Assembly (NCBI GenBank): GCA_963766735.1
Contig: CAVYBU010000003.1
Coordinates: 160,001 to 224,000 of the forward strand
Direction: 5' to 3'
Length of the DNA: 64,000 bases
From: an uncultured Chloroflexia bacterium
Lineage (GTDB): Bacteria > Chloroflexota > Limnocylindria > Limnocylindrales > CSP1-4
Under the pieces are notes generated by a model that did no database searches, was not told where the DNA came from, and worked only from the letters and a program-made list of their open reading frames with translations. Position 1 is the stretch's first letter, and every line of letters begins with the position of its first letter. This document shows positions 8,405-17,624 of the stretch, piece after piece. A program made the translations under genes and the position numbers.

Positions 8405-11005
8405 ATGAGCTTCGACGCGACGGTTGGACGCCAGGCCGACCCGTTCCTCCCGCTGCCGCAGCTGACGGCGGGCGCCGCCCGGACGGAAGCGGAGCGCTGC
8501 CTCTACTGCTACGACGCCGCGTGCACGCGCGCCTGCCCGACCGGGATCGACGTCGCCTCGTTCATCCGCAAGATCGCGACCGACAACATCGAGGGCAGCG
8601 CGCGGACGATCCTCGCAGCCAACCCGCTCGGCGGGACGTGCGGCGCGGCCTGCCCCGTCGAGCGCCTGTGCGAGGGCGCCTGCGTCCGGACGGCCCTCGA
8701 TCGGCCGATCGAGATTGGTCGCCTGCAGCGCTACGCCGTCGAGACGTTCGCCGCCGCCGGCGGCACCTTCTTCACCCCCGGCCCGGAGGCCGGTGTCAGT
8801 GCGGCGATCATCGGAGCCGGACCTGCGGGTCTCGCCTGTGCCGCCGAGCTGCGCCGGGCCGGGATCGGGGTCACGGTGTACGACGCGAACGAGCGGGCCG
8901 GCGGCCTGGGTGACCACGGGATCGTGCCCTGGCGCCTGCCGCGCGAGACGGTGGCGACCGAGGTCGCGCACGTGGAGCTGGCAGGGGCTCGGTTCGTGCT
9001 GGGCTCGGTCGTCGGGCGGGACGTCGAGGCCGAGGCCCTGCTCGCGGGCAACGACGCGGTCGTGGTCGCGGTCGGCCTCGGTCACGGCAAGCGGCTGGGC
9101 GTTCCCGGCGAGGACCTCGAGGGTGTCGTGGACGCGCTCGACCTCATCGGGCAGGCGATCGATGGACAGATCGAGGGCGCGCTGGTCGGTCGCCGGGTCG
9201 GCGTGATCGGTGGCGGCAGCACGGCGTTCGACGCCGCGGCCGCGGCCGTCCGCCTCGGCGCCTCGGAGGTCACGCTCTTCTATCGCCGAGGCGCCGTCGA
9301 GTGCCCCGCCTACCCGCACGCGATCGACCTCGCGCGTTCGCTGGGCGTCGTCATCCGCTGGCTCACGGCGCCCGTGGAGATCCACGGCAGCGGCGGCCAC
9401 GTTCGGGGCGCCGGCTTCGAGGCGATGACGCTCGGCGAGCCCGACGCCTCCGGCCGTCGCCGCCCGCAGCCGGTCGAGGACTCCCGGTTCGAGATCGCGC
9501 TCGACACCGTCGTGCGGGCGGTGGGGCAGGAGGGCCCGACCGGCACCGCCTCGGTGCTCGGTGCGCTCGGCGTTCCCGTGCGGGATGGCGTTGCGGTCGC
9601 GGACCCCGCGACGGGGCAGACTGCCAACCCGAAGGTGTGGGCAATCGGCGACATCACGAGCGGCGGCGCTGAGGTCGTCAACGCGGTGCAGGCGGGCAAG
9701 ATGGCGGCAGCGTCGATCGTGGACGCGCTCGGTATCGAGGGTCCGCACATCGTCCCCGTGCGGACAACCGATTCCACGGTTCCAGGCGTGGACCTGTCCA
9801 CGGACATGGCCGGCATCCGGAGCCCGAACCCGTTCTGGTTGGCCAGCTGCCCGATCACAAACAACGCCGAGATGGTGATGCGTTCGTTTGACGCCGGCTG
9901 GGGCGGCGCGGTCTGGAAGACGATCGGAGAGCCGATCAGGAACGTCACCGCGCGCCTCGGCACGTTCGAGCACGCCGGCCGCCGCCTCGTGGGCATCAAC
10001 AACATCGAGCTCATCAGCGACCGCCCGACCGACGTCAACATCGCCGAGATCCGCGAGGTGAAGAAGCGCTACCCCAACAACGCGGTCGTGATCAGCCTCA
10101 TGGTCGAGGCGAAACGCGAGGCCTGGCACGAGATCCTGGCCAAGTGCAACGACACCGGCGCGGACGGCTACGAGCTGAACTTCGGCTGCCCGCACGGGAT
10201 GAGCGAGCGCGGCATGGGCGCGGCGGTCGGCCAGGTCCCCGACTACGTCCAGATGATCACCGAGTGGGTGATGGAGAAGGCCGCGATGCCGGTCCTCGTC
10301 AAGCTCACTCCCAACGTCACCGACATCCGCTTCCCCGCGAGGGCGGCCCGGGCGGCCAAGGCCGATGGTGTTGCCCTGATCAACACGATCAGCAGCCTGG
10401 TCGGCGTCAATCTCGACACGTGGGCGCCGATGCCCGACGTCAGGGGCAAGGGCTCGCACGGCGGCTACGCCGGTCCGGCGGTCAAACCCATCGCGCTCAA
10501 CATGGTCTCCCAGGTTGCGGCGGATCCGGAGGTCAGGCTCCCGGTCTCCGGCATCGGCGGCATCGAGACCTGGCGCGACGCCGTGGACTTCCTGCTCCTC
10601 GGCGCCACCACCGTCCAGGTCGGCACCAGCGTCATGCACTACGGGTTCCGGCTGATCGACGACCTGGTGGACGGCCTGTCGACCTACCTCGCGGCAAAGG
10701 GTCTCCACAGCCCCGCGGAGCTGGTGGGCAAGGCGCTGCCGACGATCACCGACTGGGGGCACCTGGACCAGGAGTTCCGGCTGCTCGCCCAGATCGATGA
10801 GTCGAAGTGCATCAAGTGCAACCTCTGCTACGCCGCCTGCAACGACGGCGCGCACCAGGCGATCCGCTTCGAGGGCACGAACGGGACGAAGCGCCTGGTG
10901 GTGGTGGACGACTACTGCGTGGGCTGCCGGCTGTGCCAGTACGTGTGCCCGGTCGAGGAGTGCATCACGTTCGAGGAGCTGGAGGGGGCGGCCTCGATCC
11001 ACTGA
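8405..11005 (+). CDS. preA: Dihydropyrimidine dehydrogenase, fused PreT (GltD-like FAD/FeS) and PreA (FMN barrel plus ferredoxin) subunits
   Basis: RCLYCYDAACTRACP, GAGPAG, then NPFWLAS, GWGGAVWKT, NNIELISDR, ELNFGCPHGM, KLTPNVTDI and C-terminal CxxCxxCxxxC twice, all in one uninterrupted frame. Confidence 0.9.
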   Translation: MSFDATVGRQADPFLPLPQLTAGAARTEAERCLYCYDAACTRACPTGIDVASFIRKIATDNIEGSARTILAANPLGGTCGAACPVERLCEGACVRTALDRPIEIGRLQRYAVETFAAAGGTFFTPGPEAGVSAAIIGAGPAGLACAAELRRAGIGVTVYDANERAGGLGDHGIVPWRLPRETVATEVAHVELAGARFVLGSVVGRDVEAEALLAGNDAVVVAVGLGHGKRLGVPGEDLEGVVDALDLIGQAIDGQIEGALVGRRVGVIGGGSTAFDAAAAAVRLGASEVTLFYRRGAVECPAYPHAIDLARSLGVVIRWLTAPVEIHGSGGHVRGAGFEAMTLGEPDASGRRRPQPVEDSRFEIALDTVVRAVGQEGPTGTASVLGALGVPVRDGVAVADPATGQTANPKVWAIGDITSGGAEVVNAVQAGKMAAASIVDALGIEGPHIVPVRTTDSTVPGVDLSTDMAGIRSPNPFWLASCPITNNAEMVMRSFDAGWGGAVWKTIGEPIRNVTARLGTFEHAGRRLVGINNIELISDRPTDVNIAEIREVKKRYPNNAVVISLMVEAKREAWHEILAKCNDTGADGYELNFGCPHGMSERGMGAAVGQVPDYVQMITEWVMEKAAMPVLVKLTPNVTDIRFPARAARAAKADGVALINTISSLVGVNLDTWAPMPDVRGKGSHGGYAGPAVKPIALNMVSQVAADPEVRLPVSGIGGIETWRDAVDFLLLGATTVQVGTSVMHYGFRLIDDLVDGLSTYLAAKGLHSPAELVGKALPTITDWGHLDQEFRLLAQIDESKCIKCNLCYAACNDGAHQAIRFEGTNGTKRLVVVDDYCVGCRLCQYVCPVEECITFEELEGAASIH

Positions 11006-11028
11006 CCCGATCGCCGGCCTGCGCCCGA

Positions 11029-11053
11029 GGGGAGCGCTCCGATCGCGCTCCCC
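11029..11053. terminator. GC-rich hairpin between convergent genes
   Basis: GGGGAGCGC-tccgatc-GCGCTCCCC 9-bp stem; no U-tract. Confidence 0.45.
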
Positions 11054-11131
11054 AGTGCCCCCGTGACTCCGTGACGCTCGGGTCCGGAGCCGCCGAGTCG
11101 CGGGACGCCGGGCCCGCACCAGCCGGGAGCG

Positions 11132-11746
11132 TCAGGTCGCCTCGACCGGGCGCCCCACCATCCGGGGCTCGGCGGGGATCTCGTACGACCCCTCGAGCGG
11201 CTGGTCCATCACCGGCACGCCGCCCGTCGACGGCATCGACATCCCGTGCGTGGCAAAGGTGCCCGGCACGGTGGCGACGAGGTGCATCCGGAGGTAGCGC
11301 CAGCCCATGTGGTCGAACGCACCGGCGACCTGCGGTGGAACCAGCCCTGCTTCTGCGACGGTGATCAGCTCCGGCCTGTCCAGCTCGTGGAGCATCTCGT
11401 GGAACTGCAGCCGCGCCCGCCCCCCGTCCAGGACGTTGCGCGCCCACTGCGAACCGACGCCCAGCGGCGCCGGGATCAGCACCTCCTCGTCCCGGATCGT
11501 CGGGTGCACCGGGGTGAAGAAGGTGGTGCCGGACTTGCGGCCGACGTGTTCCAGGCAGGCGATCTCGGCCGTCGCGCTGCCCGGGATGTTGTGTTCCATC
11601 AGCCACGGGTTGACGGTGTCGTTCATCCGCTGCCGGAGCCACGGGAACTGGTCCGGGGCGGGTTTCTGAAGCTCCTTCCAGATCCTGTTTGCCGTGATCC
11701 CGATCGCGCCACCTGCCACCAGAAGGGCGAGAGCCTTGCGTGCCAT
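11132..11746 (-). CDS. Nitroreductase/deazaflavin-dependent oxidoreductase (DDN-like split barrel) family protein
   Basis: LEHVGRKSGTTFFTPV...SQWARNV motif; N-terminal hydrophobic anchor; SD AAGGAGG. Confidence 0.7.
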   Translation of the reverse strand: MARKALALLVAGGAIGITANRIWKELQKPAPDQFPWLRQRMNDTVNPWLMEHNIPGSATAEIACLEHVGRKSGTTFFTPVHPTIRDEEVLIPAPLGVGSQWARNVLDGGRARLQFHEMLHELDRPELITVAEAGLVPPQVAGAFDHMGWRYLRMHLVATVPGTFATHGMSMPSTGGVPVMDQPLEGSYEIPAEPRMVGRPVEAT

Positions 11747-11864
11747 CGTGTGACCTCCTTGTCATGCGCAATGGTGGGCGGGCCCACCGTCGAGGCCAAG
11801 TGCCGAATGAACGCCCCGACCGGCGCAGCTTCAGGCTCCGCCCGGGTGCCACTCCAACTCCTCG

Positions 11865-11894
11865 TTGACGCGATTCGCGGAGAAGGTCTAGACT
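11865..11894 (+). promoter_or_regulatory. Sigma70-type promoter of the Rrf2-suf operon
   Basis: TTGACG-18 nt-TAGACT. Confidence 0.7.
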
Positions 11895-11895
11895 C

Positions 11896-11920
11896 AATCC
11901 CGAGGAAAACAGTCGGAATT
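11896..11920. promoter_or_regulatory. Putative IscR/Rrf2-type operator
   Basis: AT-rich imperfect palindrome AATCCCGAGGAAAACAGTCGGAATT immediately after the -10, resembling IscR type-1 sites. Confidence 0.65.
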
Positions 11921-12004
11921 CCCCGGCGCGGCGGCCTCCTCGCCGCGGGCGTCCCCCTGGGGAACTCCGGCAGCCTCCAGATCGACTCATCTGAGGACCG
12001 AGCC

Positions 12005-12529
12005 CTGACCAACCGCGCGAGCTTCCACGGATCCGGCGCCGTCTCCTTCAGCTCGAAGGGCGAGTACGGCGTGCGCCTGATGGTCCAGCTCGGGCGACGA
12101 TTCGGCACCGGGCCTGCCAGCCTGGCCGAGATCGCGACCGACGAGGATCTGCCGCGCGCCTACCTGGAGCAGCTGGTGACCAGCCTCCGGGATGCCGGGC
12201 TCGTCGTGTCCACCCGGGGCGCCCGGGGCGGCTACGAGCTGGCCTCCGAGCCCGCGACCATCCGCATGAGCGAGATCCTCCGTGCCCTCGAGGGGCCCAT
12301 CGCGCCCATGATGTGCGCTTCCGATGAGCCCGAGCACGAGGAGTGCCTTCGCTCGGCGCGCTGCACCGTGAACCTGCTCTGGATCAGGGTGCGGGACGCG
12401 ATCACCGGGGAGCTCGAATCCATGACCCTCGCGGACTTCGTCCCGGCTCGCCACATCACCCTTGACGCGCGCAAGCCGGCCCCGGCCCCCGCCCCCAAGC
12501 CGGCCCCCTCGGCGGCCGTGGTCGCCTGA
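12005..12529 (+). CDS. Rrf2 family transcriptional regulator, IscR-like (three Cys)
   Basis: FSSKGEYGVRLM, YLEQL, STRGARGGYEL, ILRALEGPIAPMMC...C...C; start uncertain, with a possible CTG at 12005 after GAGGA. Confidence 0.88.
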   Translation: MTNRASFHGSGAVSFSSKGEYGVRLMVQLGRRFGTGPASLAEIATDEDLPRAYLEQLVTSLRDAGLVVSTRGARGGYELASEPATIRMSEILRALEGPIAPMMCASDEPEHEECLRSARCTVNLLWIRVRDAITGELESMTLADFVPARHITLDARKPAPAPAPKPAPSAAVVA

Positions 12530-12597
12530 CGCATGCCCCCGACACCGCCCTTTCCAGCCACCGCCCGATCCCGCCAAGCCAACCAGGAGCCAACCTC

Positions 12598-13479
12598 GTG
12601 ACCGACGCGAACGACCGCGAGCTCGTCATCCGCGACCTGAGGGTCGCGCCCGCCGCCAAGCCGGACTTGGAGATCCTCCAGGGGATCAACCTCACCATCC
12701 GGAAGGGCGAGACGCACGCGATCATGGGCCCCAACGGCTCCGGCAAGACCACGCTCTCGTATGCACTGATGGGCCACCCGGCCTACCTGATCAAGGGCGG
12801 CGAGGTCCTCTGGAAGGGCCACAACCTCCTGACGATGTCGGCCGACAAGCGCTCCCGGCTGGGCCTGTTCCTCGCCTTCCAGTACCCGACGGCCATCCCA
12901 GGCCTGTCCGTGGCGAGCTTCGTCCGCAGCGCGCTCAACGCCAGGCTCCAGGGCCTCGACAAGGACCCGGACATCGACCCGACCGACATCACCCGCGGCG
13001 GCGTCTCGATGCTGGAGTTCCGGCGCAAGATGCGCGAGAAGATGGCCATGCTCAAGATGGAGGACGGCTTCGCCGCCCGCTACGTGAACGATGGCTTCTC
13101 GGGTGGCGAGAAGAAGCGCCTCGAGATGCTGCAGATGGCGATGCTGGAGCCGGAGTTCGCGGTCCTCGACGAGACGGACTCGGGGCTGGACATCGACGCC
13201 CTGCGGATCGTGGCCGAGGGCGTCAACGCGATGCTCAACCCCGACATGGGCGTCCTGCTGATCACCCACTACCAGCGGCTGCTCAACTACATCACGCCGG
13301 ACTACGTCCACGTGCTGGCCGAGGGACGGATCGTGACCTCGGGCGGCAAGGACCTGGCGCTGCGCCTGGAGGAGGAGGGCTACGGCCCGATCCTGCGCGA
13401 GAACGGCCTGGACATCGACCTTCCGGACGAGGCCCTGGCGCTGCCGAAGGAGCCCGAGGCGGCCGGCGCCGGCCGGTAG
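12598..13479 (+). CDS. sufC: Fe-S cluster assembly ATPase SufC
   Basis: HAIMGPNGSGKTT, FLAFQYP, GFSGGEKKR, LDETDSGLDIDAL and ITHYQRLL motifs. Confidence 0.95.
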   Translation: MTDANDRELVIRDLRVAPAAKPDLEILQGINLTIRKGETHAIMGPNGSGKTTLSYALMGHPAYLIKGGEVLWKGHNLLTMSADKRSRLGLFLAFQYPTAIPGLSVASFVRSALNARLQGLDKDPDIDPTDITRGGVSMLEFRRKMREKMAMLKMEDGFAARYVNDGFSGGEKKRLEMLQMAMLEPEFAVLDETDSGLDIDALRIVAEGVNAMLNPDMGVLLITHYQRLLNYITPDYVHVLAEGRIVTSGGKDLALRLEEEGYGPILRENGLDIDLPDEALALPKEPEAAGAGR

Positions 13480-13501
13480 GACGCCGAGCGCGACGACGAC
13501 G

Positions 13502-14764
13502 ATGACGACCGAGGTGCACCCGGACGTGGACACGACCCCGCTCGATCCGGTCGCACTCCGGGCGGACTTCCCGATCCTGGACCAGCAGGTACACGGGCAC
13601 CCGCTTGTGTACCTCGACTCCGCGGCCACCTCCCAGAAGCCGCGAGCAGTCATCGAGGCGATCGACGCCTACTACCGCCGTGACAACGCGAACGTCCACC
13701 GCGGCATCTACCAGATGTCCGAGCGGGCCACGGCGGCGTACGAGGGCGCGCGGGAGAAGGTCGCGAAGCTGCTCGGGGTCTCGGACGCGCGCGAGATCAT
13801 CTGGACCCGCAACGCCACCGAGGCGATCAACCTGGTCGCGTACTCGTGGGGACGGCGGAACATCGGCCGGGGGGACGTGATCGTCCTCACCGAGATGGAG
13901 CACCACGCGAACCTCGTCCCCTGGCAGATACTCGCCCAGGAGAAGGACGCGGACCTCGAGTTCATCCCGATCACGGACGACGGGGTCCTGCGCCAGGACG
14001 TGTACGACGTCCTGCTCCGCCTCAAGCCCAAGCTGGTCGCCTTCACCCACGTCTCGAACACGCTCGGGACGATCAACCCGGTGAAGGAGATGACCCGCCT
14101 CGCGCACGCGGCCGGGGCGCTGGTGCTCGTTGACGGGGCGCAGGCGGTCCCGCACCTGCCGGTGGACGTCGCCGAGATCGGCTGCGACTTCTACGTGTTC
14201 AGCGGCCACAAGACGCTGGCTCCCACCGGTTCGGGGGTCCTGTGGGGCCGCCGCGAGCTGCTGGAGGCGATGCCCCCGTTCATGGGCGGTGGCGACATGA
14301 TCCGCGAGGTCCACCTCCGCCGTTCGGAGTGGAACGAGATCCCCTGGAAGTTCGAGGCGGGCACGCCGGACATCTCCGCGCAGATCGGCCTGGGCGTCGC
14401 CGCGGACTATCTCCTTGGCATCGGCATGGACCGGGTGATGGCGCACGAGCAGGAGCTGGTGGCGTACGCGCTGGACATGTTGCCGCGCGAGGTTCCCGGT
14501 ATCGAGCTGTACGGACCGGCTGCCCAGCTCCGCGGCGGCGTCGTGCCGTTCAACCTGCCCGGTGTCCACCCCCACGACGTGGCGCAGGTGCTCGACCGGT
14601 TCGGTGTGGCCGTGCGGGCCGGGCACCACTGCACGATGCCGCTCCACGAGCGGCTGGACCTCGCGGCCACGGCCCGGGCCTCGTTCCAGGTCTACACGTC
14701 GAAGGCCGACATCGACGCCCTCGCCGCCGGGCTGCGCGAGGTGCAGAAGCTCTTCGGCGTCTGA
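13502..14764 (+). CDS. sufS: Cysteine desulfurase SufS
   Basis: YLDSAATSQKP, NVHRG, MEHHANLVPWQ, FSGHK, KFEAGTP and RAGHHC motifs. Confidence 0.95.
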   Translation: MTTEVHPDVDTTPLDPVALRADFPILDQQVHGHPLVYLDSAATSQKPRAVIEAIDAYYRRDNANVHRGIYQMSERATAAYEGAREKVAKLLGVSDAREIIWTRNATEAINLVAYSWGRRNIGRGDVIVLTEMEHHANLVPWQILAQEKDADLEFIPITDDGVLRQDVYDVLLRLKPKLVAFTHVSNTLGTINPVKEMTRLAHAAGALVLVDGAQAVPHLPVDVAEIGCDFYVFSGHKTLAPTGSGVLWGRRELLEAMPPFMGGGDMIREVHLRRSEWNEIPWKFEAGTPDISAQIGLGVAADYLLGIGMDRVMAHEQELVAYALDMLPREVPGIELYGPAAQLRGGVVPFNLPGVHPHDVAQVLDRFGVAVRAGHHCTMPLHERLDLAATARASFQVYTSKADIDALAAGLREVQKLFGV

Positions 14765-14811
14765 CCTCCGGCGCCCCCTCGTCGCCCGCCCGGATCGGCG
14801 ACAATCCGGCC

Positions 14812-16089
14812 GTGAAGACGATTGCCGAGACCGTTGACGTCCTGGTCGCGGGCGGGGGCACGGCCGGGCACGTTGCCGCGATCCAGGCAGCCCGGGCGGG
14901 AGTGGTCACGTCGATCATCGAGGCGGGCCCGATGCTCGGCGGCGCAATGACCGAGGGCGGCGTCTACATGCCCAACCACTTCTTCGGCACCACGGGGCCA
15001 GTGGTCCAGGGGATCCCCTGGGAGCTGTACACGAAGTCGAAGGAGGCCGAGGGCCTGCCGATCCCCGACTGGCGCCGGCGCCGGCCCGTGGAGACTCCCG
15101 GCTACTACAGCTACATCAACGTCCCGGTGTATGCCGCCGTCGCCGAGGAGGAGGCCGTCCGGGCGGGCGTCACCCTCCATTTCCACGAGTTCATCGACGA
15201 GGTCCGGGCCGACGGCGACTGGTGGGAGGTCGTGTCCCGGGGCCGCGGCATCCGCCGGGTGACGCGTGCACGGGAGATCATCGACTGCACGGGCGACTCC
15301 GACGTGGTGCGCATCCTCGGCCTGAAGGTTCTCCGGTCCGAGGTCTCACAACCCGGAGCCCTGGAGTACCGGATCGAGGGCATCGACCTGGAGCAGGTCT
15401 GGAAGGAGGAGGTCCAGGCCATCTACGAGGAGGCCATGCGGGACGGCATCCTCCGCAAGGGCGACTGGGCCTACGCGAACATGGAGCCGTTCGTCTACTA
15501 CCTGCGGCACGGCGGCCACAACGCGACCCACATCTACGACGCGGACACCTCGGATGCCGAGGGCCAGACGCGGGCGAACATCGAGGGCCGCGAGCGCATG
15601 CTCCGGATGTTCAGGTTCGTGCGCGAGAGCATCCCCGGCGCCGAGCGAGCCACGCTCAAGATGATGGCCCCGCGTGCGATGGCCCGCGAGACGTACCACT
15701 CGGTGGGCGAGTACCTGGTCGTCAAGGACGACTTCCTGAAGGCGACGGTCTTCGAGGACCGCGTCGCCAACGCGTTCAACTACGTGGACCTCCACAGCCA
15801 GGAAGTCGGCTGCGAGATCACCTTCGTCGAGGATCCCGACCGGATCCCGACCGTCCCGTTCAGGGCCCTCATCCCGAAGGGGAGCCGGCGGATCACCGTC
15901 GCCGGCCGGAACGTGTCGGCGAACCGCATCGCCTTCGCGGGGATCCGCGCCCAGTGCACCTGCATGGCCATGGGCCAGGCGATGGGCGCCGCGGCCGCGC
16001 TGGCCGTGCAGCGCGGCGTGGCCTCGCGGGACGTCTCCAGCCGGGACATCGTGGCGCTGACGGTCGAGCACGGGGCGGTGCGGGTCTAG
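14812..16089 (+). CDS. FAD-dependent oxidoreductase (FAD_oxidored family)
   Basis: DVLVAGGGTAG, IDCTGDSD, VPFRALIPKG, VAGR and CMAMGQAMGAAAAL motifs. Confidence 0.85.
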   Translation: MKTIAETVDVLVAGGGTAGHVAAIQAARAGVVTSIIEAGPMLGGAMTEGGVYMPNHFFGTTGPVVQGIPWELYTKSKEAEGLPIPDWRRRRPVETPGYYSYINVPVYAAVAEEEAVRAGVTLHFHEFIDEVRADGDWWEVVSRGRGIRRVTRAREIIDCTGDSDVVRILGLKVLRSEVSQPGALEYRIEGIDLEQVWKEEVQAIYEEAMRDGILRKGDWAYANMEPFVYYLRHGGHNATHIYDADTSDAEGQTRANIEGRERMLRMFRFVRESIPGAERATLKMMAPRAMARETYHSVGEYLVVKDDFLKATVFEDRVANAFNYVDLHSQEVGCEITFVEDPDRIPTVPFRALIPKGSRRITVAGRNVSANRIAFAGIRAQCTCMAMGQAMGAAAALAVQRGVASRDVSSRDIVALTVEHGAVRV

Positions 16090-16168
16090 GCTCCGCCGGC
16101 CGCCGAGCACCGAGCGCCGGCCGCCGGCCCGCAGCAGCCTGCAGCCGCCGCAGCCGCCGCCGTCCGGC

Positions 16169-17551
16169 TCAGTCGAGCCGGACGCCCTGGCGTGCAAGCT
16201 CCGTGCGCACGAGTCCGACGTCCAGCGTCCCGACGTCCTGCCCGGTGCGGATCGAGATCGCGGCCGCCACGCCCGCGCCCTGCCCGCTGACGGTGCAGCA
16301 CATCATGCTGCGAACTGCCGCATGCGAAATCTTGTCGCCGCCGATGCTTCGACCGGCCACCAGCAGGTTCCCAACACCCTTTGGCACCAGCGACCGGTAC
16401 GGCACGTGGAAGTACCGGCCGGTGGTCGGCAGGATCAGCAGGCCGTAGCCGTCGATGAACTCGGGAAAGATGCCGATGGAATCCTCGAACCGGGCCTGTC
16501 CCCGCACGTCATCGGCGGTCAGGTTGTAGACGGCGTCGATCTTGCGCGTGTCGCGGATCCCCAGCGTCATGCCGAAGTTGCGCAGCCGCGCGTCCTCGCA
16601 CCCCGGCATGAACCCGCGGAGCGCCTCGATCGCGTGCATCGCCTGCTTGCGGCCCTCGATCTCGCCGCGGGTCAGGTCGTCCGCGTCGGTGCCGTCGATC
16701 TCGCCCATGTGGACGAGGTTCAGGTAGGTCAGGTCCCCGTCATCCGACACGGTCCCGTAGGTGCCGGCCATGGTGATCAGGTTGGGCGGGATCACCCCTG
16801 CTTCCACGGCCTTCCTGAACGGCCTGCGCAGGAAGGGCGAGAAGAGGTCTTCCTCCTTGCCGCCGGTCTCGATGTCCCATTCGAAGTTGCCGCCCCAGTC
16901 GCGGTACCTCGGCGGGTCGGCCTTGATCGTCTCGATGAACCTGCGCTTGTTGACGCCGGTCATCGAGAACGTGACCGACGCGGAGAGCATCTCTTCCCTG
17001 GGCGTCCTGTGGACCAGGGCTCCTGAGCGTGCCGCCACGTCGGCATCACCGGTTGCGTCCACGACCCGACTCGCCAGGATCGCCTCCCGGCCCGATTTGC
17101 TCTCGGTGATGACCCCGCGCAGGACGCCGTCCTCCACGATGGGCGCCACGAAGGTCCGGTGGAGCATCGGGTGGATGCCGTTCTCCTCGACCAGGGTGTC
17201 GGCCACCACCTTGAACCGCTCCGCGTCCAGGGCCTGGCTGACCGACTGCGACTCGTCCGAGCTTGCGCCCGCCGCCTTGGCCCGGGCCTCGAGCTCGCTC
17301 CCGACGCCGACGCTGTCCACCGTCTGCTCGTGGCGGTACCAGGCGAAGCTCTCGACGCCCACCGCCGTGATGTTGCCGCCGAAGCAGCCGAACCGCTCCA
17401 GGAGCGTCGTCCGGGCGCCGGCCCGCGCCGCACCGATGGCGGCGCCCAGGCCGCCCGGGCCGCTGCCCACGACCAGGACGTCGGTCTCGTGGATAACGTC
17501 GATGGAGCGGGCCGTCTCCGTGACCTGGAGGGGCAGCGTGGGACGGGCCAT
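16169..17551 (-). CDS. FAD-dependent oxidoreductase (FAD_oxidored family)
   Basis: DVLVVGSGPGG, VDATGDADVA, VPYRSLVPK, LVAGR and GQGAGVAAA motifs. Confidence 0.88.
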   Translation of the reverse strand: MARPTLPLQVTETARSIDVIHETDVLVVGSGPGGLGAAIGAARAGARTTLLERFGCFGGNITAVGVESFAWYRHEQTVDSVGVGSELEARAKAAGASSDESQSVSQALDAERFKVVADTLVEENGIHPMLHRTFVAPIVEDGVLRGVITESKSGREAILASRVVDATGDADVAARSGALVHRTPREEMLSASVTFSMTGVNKRRFIETIKADPPRYRDWGGNFEWDIETGGKEEDLFSPFLRRPFRKAVEAGVIPPNLITMAGTYGTVSDDGDLTYLNLVHMGEIDGTDADDLTRGEIEGRKQAMHAIEALRGFMPGCEDARLRNFGMTLGIRDTRKIDAVYNLTADDVRGQARFEDSIGIFPEFIDGYGLLILPTTGRYFHVPYRSLVPKGVGNLLVAGRSIGGDKISHAAVRSMMCCTVSGQGAGVAAAISIRTGQDVGTLDVGLVRTELARQGVRLD

Positions 17552-17624
17552 GGAGCGAGACCTCGCGATGGGACGAACGAACGTGGCGGCGCGCCGAGGG
17601 ACGACCGTGGCGGCGCCCGGCGCC

